Assembly (NCBI GenBank): GCA_963803435.1
Contig: CAWDML010000001.1
Span: 320,001 to 384,000, forward strand
Direction of reading: 5' to 3'
DNA length: 64,000 nt
Source of the DNA: an uncultured delta proteobacterium
GTDB lineage: Bacteria > Myxococcota > Kuafuiibacteriia > Kuafuiibacteriales > Kuafuiibacteriaceae
The translations under genes and the position numbers were made by a program. The notes beneath the pieces are model-generated. The model saw only the letters and a list, made by a program, of their open reading frames with translations. It was not told where the DNA came from and ran no database searches. Positions 52,248-61,519 of the stretch are shown here, one piece after another; the first letter of the stretch is position 1, and each line of letters opens with the position of its first letter.

Positions 52248-52682
52248 ATGCGTCGTCTCACTCCCCTCCTCGTCTTCTTCCTCATCGCCGGGCTCCTTCT
52301 CCCGATGGCCCTGGGACGCAGCAAGGTCCAGGACCCCGAGGTCGGGATTGCCGTCCAGGCGGCCCAGTCCTGGCTCGACACCGTCGACTCGGGCGACTAC
52401 GGCGGCTCATGGGATTAGAGCGCGACGTACTTTCAGCACGCCGTCCCGCGCATTCGCTGGACCGAGCAGCTCTCCGCGGTGCGGAAGCCGCTCGGACAGA
52501 TCCTGGCCCGCACGCCCATGGGCGCCAAGCGCGTCCACGAGCTCCCGGGCGCTCCGGACGGAGACTACGTGGTCATCCAGTTCCGGACCTCGTTCTCCAA
52601 CAAGAAGAGCGTGGTCGAGACCGTCACGCCGATGAAGGACGGCGCGCGCGGGTGGCGCGTCAGCGGCTATTACATTCGATAG
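52248..52682 (+). CDS. DUF4019 domain protein (in-frame TAG at 52416-52418, probably a miscalled CAG)
   Basis: AAQSWL..VDSGDY..SW; R.PLG....R; LPGAPDGDYVVIQF.TSF.NK...ETVT; WRVSGYYIR; both halves are in the same frame. Confidence 0.82.
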
Positions 52683-52692
52683 ACGACGCGGG

Positions 52693-55600
52693 TCAGAAGA
52701 TCGTCCCAGAGGCCCCGGTCTGACCGCTGTTGCCCCCGAGACCGCCCGCGCCGCCGCCCAGCGCCGTGATCACGTTCCCCACGGTCGCCGGCGCCGAACC
52801 CCCTGAGCGATAGATCCCGTAGCTCACGCCCCCGCCGCCGCCGCCGCCGCGGCCACCGTTCCCGCCGCGGCCCCCGTCGCCACCGCGACCGCCGGCCCCC
52901 GAGTCGTCCTGACCCGCGCCGCCGCCCAGCCCGAGGCCGAGCGCGCCGCCGCCGCCGCCGAAGCCGCCGTCGCCGCCCCGCCCGCCGAAGCCCGCGGTGA
53001 TCGAGCACTGCTCGATGCGCGGTGAGGAACCGGAGAGGAAGATGCCGAAGGCGCCGCCGCCGCCGGCCCCGCCGCCGCCGCCGGTCCCTGCGCATCCTCC
53101 GCCGCCGCCACCGCCACCCCCACCGCCGCGGTCCGGGGTGCAGCCGACCGGGCTCGAGAAGCAGGTGAACAGGTTCTCGTAGCAGTCGTCGGCCCCGCCG
53201 CCGCCGCCACCACCACCGCCGCCGCCGCCGCCGTGGCCACCGCTGACCCCGGAGCCGCCCGGGCTCGGCTGCCAGAACCCGCCCGTCACCGTGCCGAGCC
53301 CCGAGCCGCCGCTGCCGCCGCCGCCGTTCGCGCCGGCCGCGCCGTTGAACCCGGGCGTTCCGGTCTCGCCGGTGCGGCGGGCACCGTTGCAGGTCGAGCA
53401 GAGGGTGCTGTTGTTGCAGACCTGCGCGCCGAGGCCGCCGTTCCCGCGGGCGCCGCCCCCTCCGTTGCCGTCGGCCCCCGGGGCGCCGGCCGCGTTGTCG
53501 TAGCCCCCCAGACCGCCCCGACCGCCCGCGTTGCCGCAGGACGACGTGCCGCCGCTGCCGCCCCCGCCGTTGTTGCTGCAGCCGTCGCAACCCGTCTGAC
53601 CTGCGCCGGCGCTGCCGCCCGCCGCGCCCGCCGCGCCATTGGCGCCATTCGCGCCGCCGCCTGCGTTGCCCGTGTCGATGTCGAGGTGTGAGAGCACGAG
53701 CTGAGCGTTGGATCCGGCGCTGTAGACGCCGTAGATCGAGCCGGCGGGAGACGTGTTGTTGCCGACGGCGATCACCATGCCATCGATGGTGGTGGCGACC
53801 GTGATGTTGTCGGCGCGCAGCCCGATCATCACCGGCGAGACGGTGTTCTGCTGGATGATCGAGAGGTTTGCGTACGAGCGGCCCCAGGTGACCGGATCGT
53901 AGCCTCCGTAGATGCTGATCCCGTTCCGGGCCGTGACCGTCCCGTTGTAGATGCCGGCGGCCACCAGCACCACGCTGAACCCCTGGGTCTGCGCCGCCGT
54001 CAAGCCGGCGCCGATCGTCCGCACCGGCGAGCCGTACAGACCGCTGTTGCCGTCCGAGCCGGCCGGCGAGACGAAGATGGAGGTCGCGATCGTCCCGTCG
54101 ATCCCGTCGCAGTTGCGATCCACGAACGACGGGTCCGGCAGGTCGACACCCGCCTGTGGCGTGCAGAAGTAGTTGCAGCCGTTGTTCGGGTTGCCGTCGA
54201 TGTCGACCCATCCGGGGGCGCACGCCATGAACGTACAGGTGCCGGAGACGCAGGTCTCCGAGGCGTTCGGCAGGTCGCAGAGCTGGTTGCATCCGCCGCA
54301 GTGGGCCAGGTTCGTGTTGGTGTTGATCTCGCAGCCGTCCACCGGGAGACCGTTGCAGTCGACGAACGGCGGCGTGCAGGAGGCGACCGCACAGCCGCCG
54401 CCGGCGCACATCGGTACGCCGTTCGCGATCGTGCAGGCCCGATTGCAGGCGCCGCAGTGGGCGAGGTTGGTGTTCGTGTTCGTCTCGCAGCCATCGGCCG
54501 GCGAGTTGTTACAGTCGCCGAACGGCGCCGTACAGGAGGCCACGCGGCAGGATCCAGCCGTGCACACGGGAGCTCCGTTCGCGATGGTGCAAGGCGAGTT
54601 GCAGGCGCCGCAGTGCGCGAGGTTGGTGTCCGTGTTGATCTCGCAGCCGTCGGCGTAGCCGTTGTTGCAGTCCCTCCAGGGAGCGACGCAGCTGGCGATC
54701 CCGCAGAGCCCGTTGGCGCACAGCGGCGAGCCGTTCTGCACCGTGCACACGTTCGTGCAGCTCCCACAGGTCGCGACCGAGGTCCTGAGATTCGACTCGC
54801 AGCCGTCGCCGTAGCTGTTGTTGCAGTCGTCGAAGCCCAGGCTGCAGGCGGCGATCCGGCAGCCTCCGTTGTTGCACTCCGCGGTGCCGTTGGCCGCGGC
54901 GCACGCGTTTCCGCAGAAGCCGCAGTGGGCGAGCGAGGTCATGAGGTTCGACTCGCATCCGTCCGCGTAGCCGCCGGTGCAGTCGTCGAAGGGCGCCGTG
55001 CAGCTGTCGATCCGACAGGCGCTGTTCGCGCAGGCCGGTGCACCGTTGGCCACCGTGCAGACCGTCCCGCACGACCCGCAGTTCGAGAGATCGGTGGTCG
55101 TGTCGTAGCCGTCGTCGGCGACGCCGTCGCAATCGTCGTCGAGCGTGTTGCAGGTCTCGGCGATCGCCTGGCTCCCGGGCTGTCCGGGGTTCGTCGAGCA
55201 GGTCGACGCGTTCGGATTGGTGGCGTCGCACTCGATCACGCCCGCGCCGCACTCGCCCACGCCGTCGCAGGCGGCGCCCAGGTTGAAGCCCTCGTCGGCG
55301 GTGCCGTTACAGTCGTCGTCGAGGCCGTTGCAGCGCTCCACCGGGCCCGACCGCACGCAGGCGTACTCGCAGCCGTTCGCCGGATCCATGTCGATGTCCC
55401 ACTGATTGGGCGGACAGCCGACGCCTTCGCCGGTGACCGCCAGTGAGACCGTCTCGAGGTCGCGATCGGTGGTCCGGATCTCGATCGCCCCGCTGTCGAG
55501 GCCGATCGCCGAGGGCAGGTACCGGATGTCGAAGGTGACGCTGGCGATCGACGGCGGAATCACCGCGGGCAGCGCCGGCAGCTGCTCCAGCACGAAGTCC

Positions 55601-57420
55601 GGGCTCGAGCCGGGCGTCGCAGCGATCGACTCGACCACCAACGGTCCCACACCCGTGTTCTGGATCGTCACGGTGATCGGAGACGACATCGACCCGCGGT
55701 AGATCGGACCGAACGCCACGGGCGAGGCGGGGATCGGCGGGAGCGTCGACTTGAACACGAAGACCGTCGGATCGATCGCCTCGCCGGTGATCGGGACCAC
55801 CAGGAGCGGAGACGAGGGATCGCTGGTCGCGATCTCGAGCGTCGCCGACCCCGAGCCGACGTTCATCGGCGCGTACGCGACCGCCAGGTCGACGTGATTG
55901 CCAGCGGCCAGCGGGTTCACGACGGTCGGCGAGACGGAGAAGTCGGGCGAGCTCCCGGCGGTCAGCCCGATGGCCGTGACCGCGAGCGGGGACCCGCCGG
56001 TGTTGGTGAGGCGCACGGTCCGGGTCTCGAACTGTCCGGCGGTGCGGAACACGTGCACCTGGCCGAAGTCGACGCTCAGCGGCGCCACCGAGGCCGCCGG
56101 GGCGATCAGCGCCTCACCCAGGATGGGAATCTCGCGGACGGGCGCGTTGGGATCGGACGACTCGACGTGGAGCGCGGCGGCGAGCGAGCCGGCCTGCGCC
56201 GGATCAGCGTCGATGGACAGCGCGTAGCGCTGCGCCGGCGGGATGGCCACCGGCAGCGTCGACGTGAGCGCCAGGCTCAGCGCGGCGGGCGCGCCCGACA
56301 AGGACAGGTCGCTCACCACCAGCGTCGCGCCGCCCAGGTTCTCCAGCTCGACCGAGGCGCTGCGTGGAAAGCCCACGAACACGGTCCCCAGGTCCACCGG
56401 GTTCGGGACGACGTCGAGGTCGGCGCGCACGCCCTCCCCGAGGAGCTGGATCAGGTACGTGCGCTCATCGCCGTTGGCGTCGTCGGTGGCGATCACCAGG
56501 CTCTCCTCGACGACGCCCACCGCGCCGGCCGTGAACGTGACGGTGATCTGGAGCGTGTCGAGGGGAGCGCCGTTCTCCTGGGTGCAGAGCCCGTCGATGC
56601 AGGTGGTGTCGCTGGGACAAATCCCGCCGGCGCCGCACAGCGCCTCGGCCCGGAAGCGGTTGAGATAGACCGGAGGCGTCGATGAGGTGACCACGTCGAA
56701 GTCCAGGCTCGGGGACGGCTCCGTGCGCACCGAGCTGACCGTCAACAGCGAGTTGCCAGTACCGACGTTCTTCACCCAGACCGTGCGCGAGCGCGTCGCC
56801 CCCACCGGCGTCGCCCCAAAGTCGAGCATCGCGGTCTCGGGACCGCTGGTGGTGGGATCCTCCACCACCGCGACCTCGTTCACGCCCTTGTACGCGGCCG
56901 ACAGCGCGACCCGGACCACCGGCTCCGTCGGATCGTCGCTCACGATCTCGAGACAATCGAAGTCCGCCACGCCGTCGGCGGGCGTGTAGCGGACGCGGAG
57001 CGGGAGCGACTCCCCCGAGGCGAGCGAACGGGGAAGGCCGGCCGACACCACCGCGAACTCACCCGTGAGGTTCTGATCGATCGTGGCGGCGAGGATCTGG
57101 AGGCGACCGTCGCCGCGGTTCGTCACCGTCACGCCCTGCTCGACCGGCACACCGTGAAAGGTGGCACCGAAGTCGAGCGCGGGCGGGTCGACGCTGATCC
57201 GACCGGCCGTCATGCCTGCGTCCCCGGCGTCGGCGCCGCCGATCGGCTCACAGACGCCCTGGACACACTCCATGCCCTCGGGACACGGATCGCTCCCGCA
57301 GAGCAGCACCGCTGCGTCGTGCTTCTCCACCCCAGCGGGCGGGGGCGGCGCCGAGCACGCCGCGGCGAGCGCGACCATCGAGATCCTCGTGACCGCTCGC
57401 GTGACCAGCTCGCGACCCAT
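52693..57420 (-). CDS. Giant surface lipoprotein: tandem choice-of-anchor D Ig-like domains, DDDC Cys/Asp repeats, Cys-rich 52-aa repeats, beta-helix and Gly-rich C-terminus
   Basis: ATG 57420; lipobox LAAAC; repeated DFG..N.G motifs; ERCNGLDDDCNG; HCG.C...C repeats; poly-Gly tracts. Confidence 0.85.
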   Translation of the reverse strand: MGRELVTRAVTRISMVALAAACSAPPPPAGVEKHDAAVLLCGSDPCPEGMECVQGVCEPIGGADAGDAGMTAGRISVDPPALDFGATFHGVPVEQGVTVTNRGDGRLQILAATIDQNLTGEFAVVSAGLPRSLASGESLPLRVRYTPADGVADFDCLEIVSDDPTEPVVRVALSAAYKGVNEVAVVEDPTTSGPETAMLDFGATPVGATRSRTVWVKNVGTGNSLLTVSSVRTEPSPSLDFDVVTSSTPPVYLNRFRAEALCGAGGICPSDTTCIDGLCTQENGAPLDTLQITVTFTAGAVGVVEESLVIATDDANGDERTYLIQLLGEGVRADLDVVPNPVDLGTVFVGFPRSASVELENLGGATLVVSDLSLSGAPAALSLALTSTLPVAIPPAQRYALSIDADPAQAGSLAAALHVESSDPNAPVREIPILGEALIAPAASVAPLSVDFGQVHVFRTAGQFETRTVRLTNTGGSPLAVTAIGLTAGSSPDFSVSPTVVNPLAAGNHVDLAVAYAPMNVGSGSATLEIATSDPSSPLLVVPITGEAIDPTVFVFKSTLPPIPASPVAFGPIYRGSMSSPITVTIQNTGVGPLVVESIAATPGSSPDFVLEQLPALPAVIPPSIASVTFDIRYLPSAIGLDSGAIEIRTTDRDLETVSLAVTGEGVGCPPNQWDIDMDPANGCEYACVRSGPVERCNGLDDDCNGTADEGFNLGAACDGVGECGAGVIECDATNPNASTCSTNPGQPGSQAIAETCNTLDDDCDGVADDGYDTTTDLSNCGSCGTVCTVANGAPACANSACRIDSCTAPFDDCTGGYADGCESNLMTSLAHCGFCGNACAAANGTAECNNGGCRIAACSLGFDDCNNSYGDGCESNLRTSVATCGSCTNVCTVQNGSPLCANGLCGIASCVAPWRDCNNGYADGCEINTDTNLAHCGACNSPCTIANGAPVCTAGSCRVASCTAPFGDCNNSPADGCETNTNTNLAHCGACNRACTIANGVPMCAGGGCAVASCTPPFVDCNGLPVDGCEINTNTNLAHCGGCNQLCDLPNASETCVSGTCTFMACAPGWVDIDGNPNNGCNYFCTPQAGVDLPDPSFVDRNCDGIDGTIATSIFVSPAGSDGNSGLYGSPVRTIGAGLTAAQTQGFSVVLVAAGIYNGTVTARNGISIYGGYDPVTWGRSYANLSIIQQNTVSPVMIGLRADNITVATTIDGMVIAVGNNTSPAGSIYGVYSAGSNAQLVLSHLDIDTGNAGGGANGANGAAGAAGGSAGAGQTGCDGCSNNGGGGSGGTSSCGNAGGRGGLGGYDNAAGAPGADGNGGGGARGNGGLGAQVCNNSTLCSTCNGARRTGETGTPGFNGAAGANGGGGSGGSGLGTVTGGFWQPSPGGSGVSGGHGGGGGGGGGGGGGADDCYENLFTCFSSPVGCTPDRGGGGGGGGGGGCAGTGGGGGAGGGGAFGIFLSGSSPRIEQCSITAGFGGRGGDGGFGGGGGALGLGLGGGAGQDDSGAGGRGGDGGRGGNGGRGGGGGGGVSYGIYRSGGSAPATVGNVITALGGGAGGLGGNSGQTGASGTIF
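54177..55108 (-). repeat. Six intragenic tandem Cys-rich repeats, 156-bp (52-aa) period
   Basis: Unit CE.N..T.LAHCG.C...C...NG...C....C....C...F.DC.....DG; the ctcgca anchor recurs every 156 bp. Confidence 0.85.
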
Positions 57421-57499
57421 CGGCCAGGTGTACCTTCGGTCGCACGAGCACCGCAAACGAGGGTCCGCGCACACGCCCCCGGCTCTGATGTAGGTCGAC

Positions 57500-58156
57500 C
57501 TACCCCTTCGGCGGCGCGTCGATCTGCCGCTCCGGGTGGGTCTCGACGAAGGCCTCGAGCCCACCGCAAGCCCGCTCGATCCTGGACAAACGGGGCAGGC
57601 CGGCCGTGTCGATGCCGAAGCGCCGCGCGTGGTAGAGCTGCGGGACGACGCAGACGTCAGCCAGTGTGGGCGCGTCCCCGAACGCAAAGGGGCCCCCCGC
57701 CGCGGGCAACATCCGCTCGACGGCCTCGAGGCCCCGCTCGATCCAGTGTCGGCTCCACGCATCCTCGTCCGCGCCGAGCTCGTGCACGAACAGGCGCACG
57801 CTGGTGTTCGCCAGTGGCTGGATCCCGGAGTTGATCGCCTCGGCGATCTGACGGACGCGCGCGCGACCGACCCGATCCGGCGGCAGCAGGACTGCGGGAG
57901 CGAAGCGCTCGTCGAGGTACTCGGCGATCACGAGCGACTGCGCGATCCGGATCGTCGCTCCATCGTCCTCGATCGTCTCGAGGACCGGGACCTGTTCCAG
58001 CGGATTCCTCGCGCGATGCTCGGGCCCATGCTGGACGCCCTCGAGCAGGTTCACGGGGCGGTACGCGTACGCAAGGCCTTTGAGCCCCAGCGCGATGCGC
58101 GCTCGCCAGGTCGCGCTGCTTCTCCAGAATCCGTAGAGCACGAGCTCCGCCACCAC
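57500..58156 (-). CDS. maiA: Maleylacetoacetate isomerase (GST zeta class)
   Basis: LYGFWRSSATWRARIAL.LKG; NPLEQVP; QSL.I.EYLDE; SGIQPL.N; LAD.C.VPQLY.ARRF; HPERQ.D. Confidence 0.93.
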   Translation of the reverse strand: MVAELVLYGFWRSSATWRARIALGLKGLAYAYRPVNLLEGVQHGPEHRARNPLEQVPVLETIEDDGATIRIAQSLVIAEYLDERFAPAVLLPPDRVGRARVRQIAEAINSGIQPLANTSVRLFVHELGADEDAWSRHWIERGLEAVERMLPAAGGPFAFGDAPTLADVCVVPQLYHARRFGIDTAGLPRLSRIERACGGLEAFVETHPERQIDAPPKG

Positions 58157-58208
58157 ACCTCCGACCCCCGGAGTCTGTCATGATTCGCGGGCGGCCGCGC
58201 GCGAACGA

Positions 58209-58397
58209 TTGATCGTCCCGGAGCTCGGTCCCTCCCAGCGCGTGAGCACCGCCTCAGAGGACGCGGGTCCATCCGCCTGGGGACGCTCGCTGACCCTGCT
58301 GGGGACGACGACCTACTACCGGCGGCTGGGTCTTCCGGTCGTCTCCGAGAACGCCCTTCGCGAGGAGCTCGGGTGGTTGATCCGACAGCGTTACTAG
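58209..58397 (+). CDS. Short hypothetical ORF or gene remnant whose TAG stop is the IS insertion site
   Basis: 62-aa ORF with host-like codons ending TAC-TAG at the CTAG target; weak TTG start. Confidence 0.3.
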   Translation: MIVPELGPSQRVSTASEDAGPSAWGRSLTLLGTTTYYRRLGLPVVSENALREELGWLIRQRY

Positions 58398-59579
58398 TCA
58401 GCTGGATCACTGATTTCTAGCGCATTTATCCGCGGTGGACCTGCTTTGTGCGTCTGCCGAAATCCATGATCTTGTCGAGGATCTCGTCGGCCGTCTTCGT
58501 CCATACGAAGGGCTTGCCTTCTTCGTTGTGCACTTCGACGTAGTCGACGATCGCCTTGCGAAGTACCGGGACGCTGGTGTGGGAGCCGCGAGTGAGTGCT
58601 TCCTCGGTCAGCAGTGCGAAGAACCGTTCCACCAGGTTTAGCCATGAGGAATAGGTTGGTGTGAAGTGGAGCTGGAAGCGCGGATTGCGTAGCAGCCACC
58701 TCTTAACCTGTGGAGTCTTGTGCGTCGCGAGGTTGTCGAGGATGACGTGAACGTCAAGTTCCGGCTCTACCGCGTTGTCGATCGTCCCGAGGAATGCGAC
58801 GAAGTCCTTCGCTCGGTGTCGTGCCTTGGTCTGCGCGATGACCTTGCCCGTGGCGACGTTGAGGGCGGCGAAGAGGTCGAGCGTTCCGTGGCGGATGTAG
58901 TTGTGGGTCTGTCGCTCGGGCATCCCGAGATCCATCGGAAGGATCGGTTGAGCACGCTCCAGCGCCTGGACCTGCGGCTTCTCGTCGAAGGAGAACACGA
59001 CAGCGTTGTCGGGCGGGCTCATGTACAGACCGACGACGTCGCGAATCTTCGAGATGAACTGCGGATCGTTCGACAACTTGAAACCGCGAACGACGTGGGG
59101 CTTGAGGCCATGCGCCCGCCAGATCCGTCCGACGCTACTGGCGCTCACCCCGGCATTCTTTGCCATCTTCCGCGTGCTCCAATGCGTACGGCCCTTCGGC
59201 GTCGTTTCCAGCGTTTGCACCACGATCTCTTCAACCTGATCATCACTGATCTTTCGCGGAGCGCCGACGCGAGGCTGGTCGTACAGCCCCTCGAGACGGC
59301 ACTCCGCAAACCGCCTTCTCCACAGACGAACGGTGTGGTGAGACACGTGATGGTTCCGCGCCACCGCCGCATCGGTCGCGCCAGTGGAACTGCTCAGCAC
59401 CAGTTTCGCGCGAAGTGCCAGCTGTCGATTCGACCGCACGCGACGAGTCAATCGTTCGAGCTCGCGCTGTTCGTCGTCAGTCAGCGTGATCTCCGTTTTT
59501 CGAGGTCCTTTGTTCGCCCCCACGAACCACGTAGATCACACAAAGGATCTACACGCTAGAGATTTCGGACCCGGCTGAC
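58397..59579 (-). mobile_element. IS630-family insertion sequence, apparently intact, with TA duplication inside CTAG
   Basis: Left end (C-TA)GTCAGCTGGATCACTGATTTCTAGCG vs reverse complement of right end (C-TA)GTCAGCCGGGTCCGAAATCTCTAGCG; lower GC than the host genes. Confidence 0.92.
58426..59523 (-). CDS. IS630 family transposase
   Basis: HTH; HWSTR; FKLSNDPQF..K..DVVGLY; DEK, LDN, SWLNLVERFF DDE triad; uninterrupted 365 aa. Confidence 0.96.
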   Translation of the reverse strand: MGANKGPRKTEITLTDDEQRELERLTRRVRSNRQLALRAKLVLSSSTGATDAAVARNHHVSHHTVRLWRRRFAECRLEGLYDQPRVGAPRKISDDQVEEIVVQTLETTPKGRTHWSTRKMAKNAGVSASSVGRIWRAHGLKPHVVRGFKLSNDPQFISKIRDVVGLYMSPPDNAVVFSFDEKPQVQALERAQPILPMDLGMPERQTHNYIRHGTLDLFAALNVATGKVIAQTKARHRAKDFVAFLGTIDNAVEPELDVHVILDNLATHKTPQVKRWLLRNPRFQLHFTPTYSSWLNLVERFFALLTEEALTRGSHTSVPVLRKAIVDYVEVHNEEGKPFVWTKTADEILDKIMDFGRRTKQVHRG

Positions 59580-59647
59580 TAGGAGCGTGTAGCGCGTAGC
59601 GCTACCGCGAGCCCGGTCCGGGTCCCGGTCCCGGTCCGGGTCCCGAT
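59579..59647 (+). repeat. Left long inverted repeat with CCGGGT/CCCGGT hexamer array
   Basis: CTAGGAGCGTGTAGCGCGTA-GCGCTACCGCGAGCCCGGTCCGGGTCCCGGTCCCGGTCCGGGTCCCGAT. Confidence 0.92.
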
Positions 59648-59671
59648 GGCGATCATGTCGCCCGGCTGCGA

Positions 59672-60013
59672 TCACCGACTTGATAGGCGCGTGAGCATCT
59701 CGACGACGCGTTTGAGCTTGCGGGCCTCCTCGACCCGCGTCGAGATCCGCGAGTTCCGCCTCTGGCAGGTATGGAGTGACGCCGCGCTCTCCGTGCAGGA
59801 GCGGAGAGCGATCCGGTAGAAGCGCGCCTTCTCGGTGGGTTGAACTCTCCGGCGCCCTCGGCGGTGTTGTTCACGATGGAATCGGATGCTCGCCGAAGTT
59901 GGTCGCGGACATGGGCGTGACCGGGTTGAGTTCTTGTGCGATGTCTTCGGCGGCGTCGGCGTATTCGACGGCGAGCGGTAGACCTCGAGCTTCTCGTGAT
60001 CGAAAGTGACCAT
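59672..60013 (-). pseudogene. Four-helix-bundle protein (23S rRNA intervening-sequence protein / Avd-like family), multiply frameshifted
   Basis: Across frames: FDHEKLEVYR, LAVEYAD, HVRDQLRRASDSIVNNTAEGAGE, EKARFYRIALRSCTESAA, RVVEMLTRL. Confidence 0.85.
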
Positions 60014-60132
60014 GCAAGCTAGCTTGCGGTAGCTCGTCCACTTTGACCAGCAGAAGTTCTTGGAGGTCGTTTCGTCTGGAATCGATCGTTGGGCGGATCG
60101 ACTTCGACGCCTGGACTTGATCCCATGGTTTC

Positions 60133-61499
60133 GTGGCGAAGCAATACCGTTCTTGGACTCCGAGAAGGACCCGCGAGGCGAGCGACCGTACTCGCCTCGA
60201 ATGATGATCGCGCTGCTTCTGTACGCCTACTGCACCGGCATCTATTCGTCGCGGAGGATCGCGCGGGCGACCTACGAAGACATTCCATTCCGGGTGCTGG
60301 CTGGAGAAAGTCATCCCCACTTCACGACGATCAACGAGTTTCGGCTGGTCCACCTGGAGGCACTGAAAGCGCTCTTCCTCGAAGTCCTGAAGCTTTGCCA
60401 GAAAGCAGGTTTGGTGCGGCTCGGACACGTCGCACTCGATGGCTCGAAGGTGCAGGCGAACGCGAGCAAGCACAAGGCGATGACCTACGAGCGGATGGAC
60501 GAGGAGGAGAAGCGGCTGTCTCTCGAGATCGAAGAACTGCTGGAGCGAGCGCGCACGATCGACCAAGAGGAAGACGAGCGGCTGGGCGTTGAAGAGACTG
60601 AAGAGGACATCCCAGCGGAGCTCGCTCGCCGTGAATCCCGCCTTGCCCGCATTCGAGAAGCGAAGGCTGCGCTGCTGGAACAGGATGCCGCCAGGGCTCG
60701 CGCGGAGAAATTGCGCAGGCAAGCCGAAGAGCAGCAGAGCAAAGCGGATGATGCTCTGGTGGATCGGGTGGAGCAGAAGCGAGCGAGAACTCGAGCCGAG
60801 AAGGCAAGAGCGCAGGCTGACCAGCTCGAACATCCCCAGACCCAACTGAACGAAGTGATGAATGGTCACATCATCGCATTTCCTGCAAAATGTGGACGGC
60901 ACACCGAGGCCCAACGCTCAGAGGAACTTCACCGACTCAGACAGCAGGATCATGTTGAAGGAGGGAGCGTACCTCCAGGCCTACAATGCCCAAGTTGTCG
61001 TAGATGAGCACGCTCAGGTGATTGTCGCCGAAGGGGTCAGCAACCAGGCACCTGATCAGCAACACCTCGTCCCGATGCCCGTGATGTGTTCGGCAACTGC
61101 GGCGATGCTCCGCGGAAGATGACGGCAGACAACGGCTATCTGAGCGCGACCAACATCGAATTCTGCGACAACAATCAGATCGATGCCCACATCGCTGTTG
61201 GACGCGAACAGAACCAAGACGCGTCGACTCCGTCCTCATCAGCTTCGGAGCCCACATCTGCCTCGCTCGCTCGCAAGCGAATGCGAGACAAGTTGCAAAC
61301 GCGCGACGGCAAGGCGGTCTACCCCCGCAGGAAGAGTATCGTCGAACCGGCGCTCGGACAGATCAAAGGGGCACGAGGATTCCGCCGGTTCTCGCTCCGC
61401 TCCTTCTTCAAGGTACGAGCCGAGTGGACGCTCGTCTGCCTCACCCACAACCTGCTCAAGCTCTACCGATCGAAGCTCGCGACCGTCGCGAGCGTCTGA
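60133..61499 (+). pseudogene. IS1182 family transposase, with internal N-terminal deletion and frameshifts
   Basis: GTG 60133 gives MAKQYRSWTP, then jumps out of frame to KDPRGERPYSPRMMIALLLYAY..SSRRI; LDGSKVQANASKHKAM; NFTDSDSRIM; ADNGY; RKSIVEP..GQIK..RGFRRF; HNLLKL; breaks near 60160, 60890 and 61085. Confidence 0.9.
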
Positions 61500-61519
61500 C
61501 TCAAGGCAGCCATCTTCAG

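Noticed and set aside
52416-52418. In-frame TAG as pyrrolysine or stop-codon reassignment
   Set aside because: TAG ends other genes here, no pyl genes are present, and the site fits the GATC-to-GATT error pattern.
52693-53700. Mycobacterial PE-PGRS gene
   Set aside because: No PE domain; the Gly-rich tract is the C-terminus of a lipoprotein.
59672-60013. Diversity-generating retroelement suggested by the Avd-like four-helix protein
   Set aside because: No reverse transcriptase and no template/variable repeat pair seen in the window.
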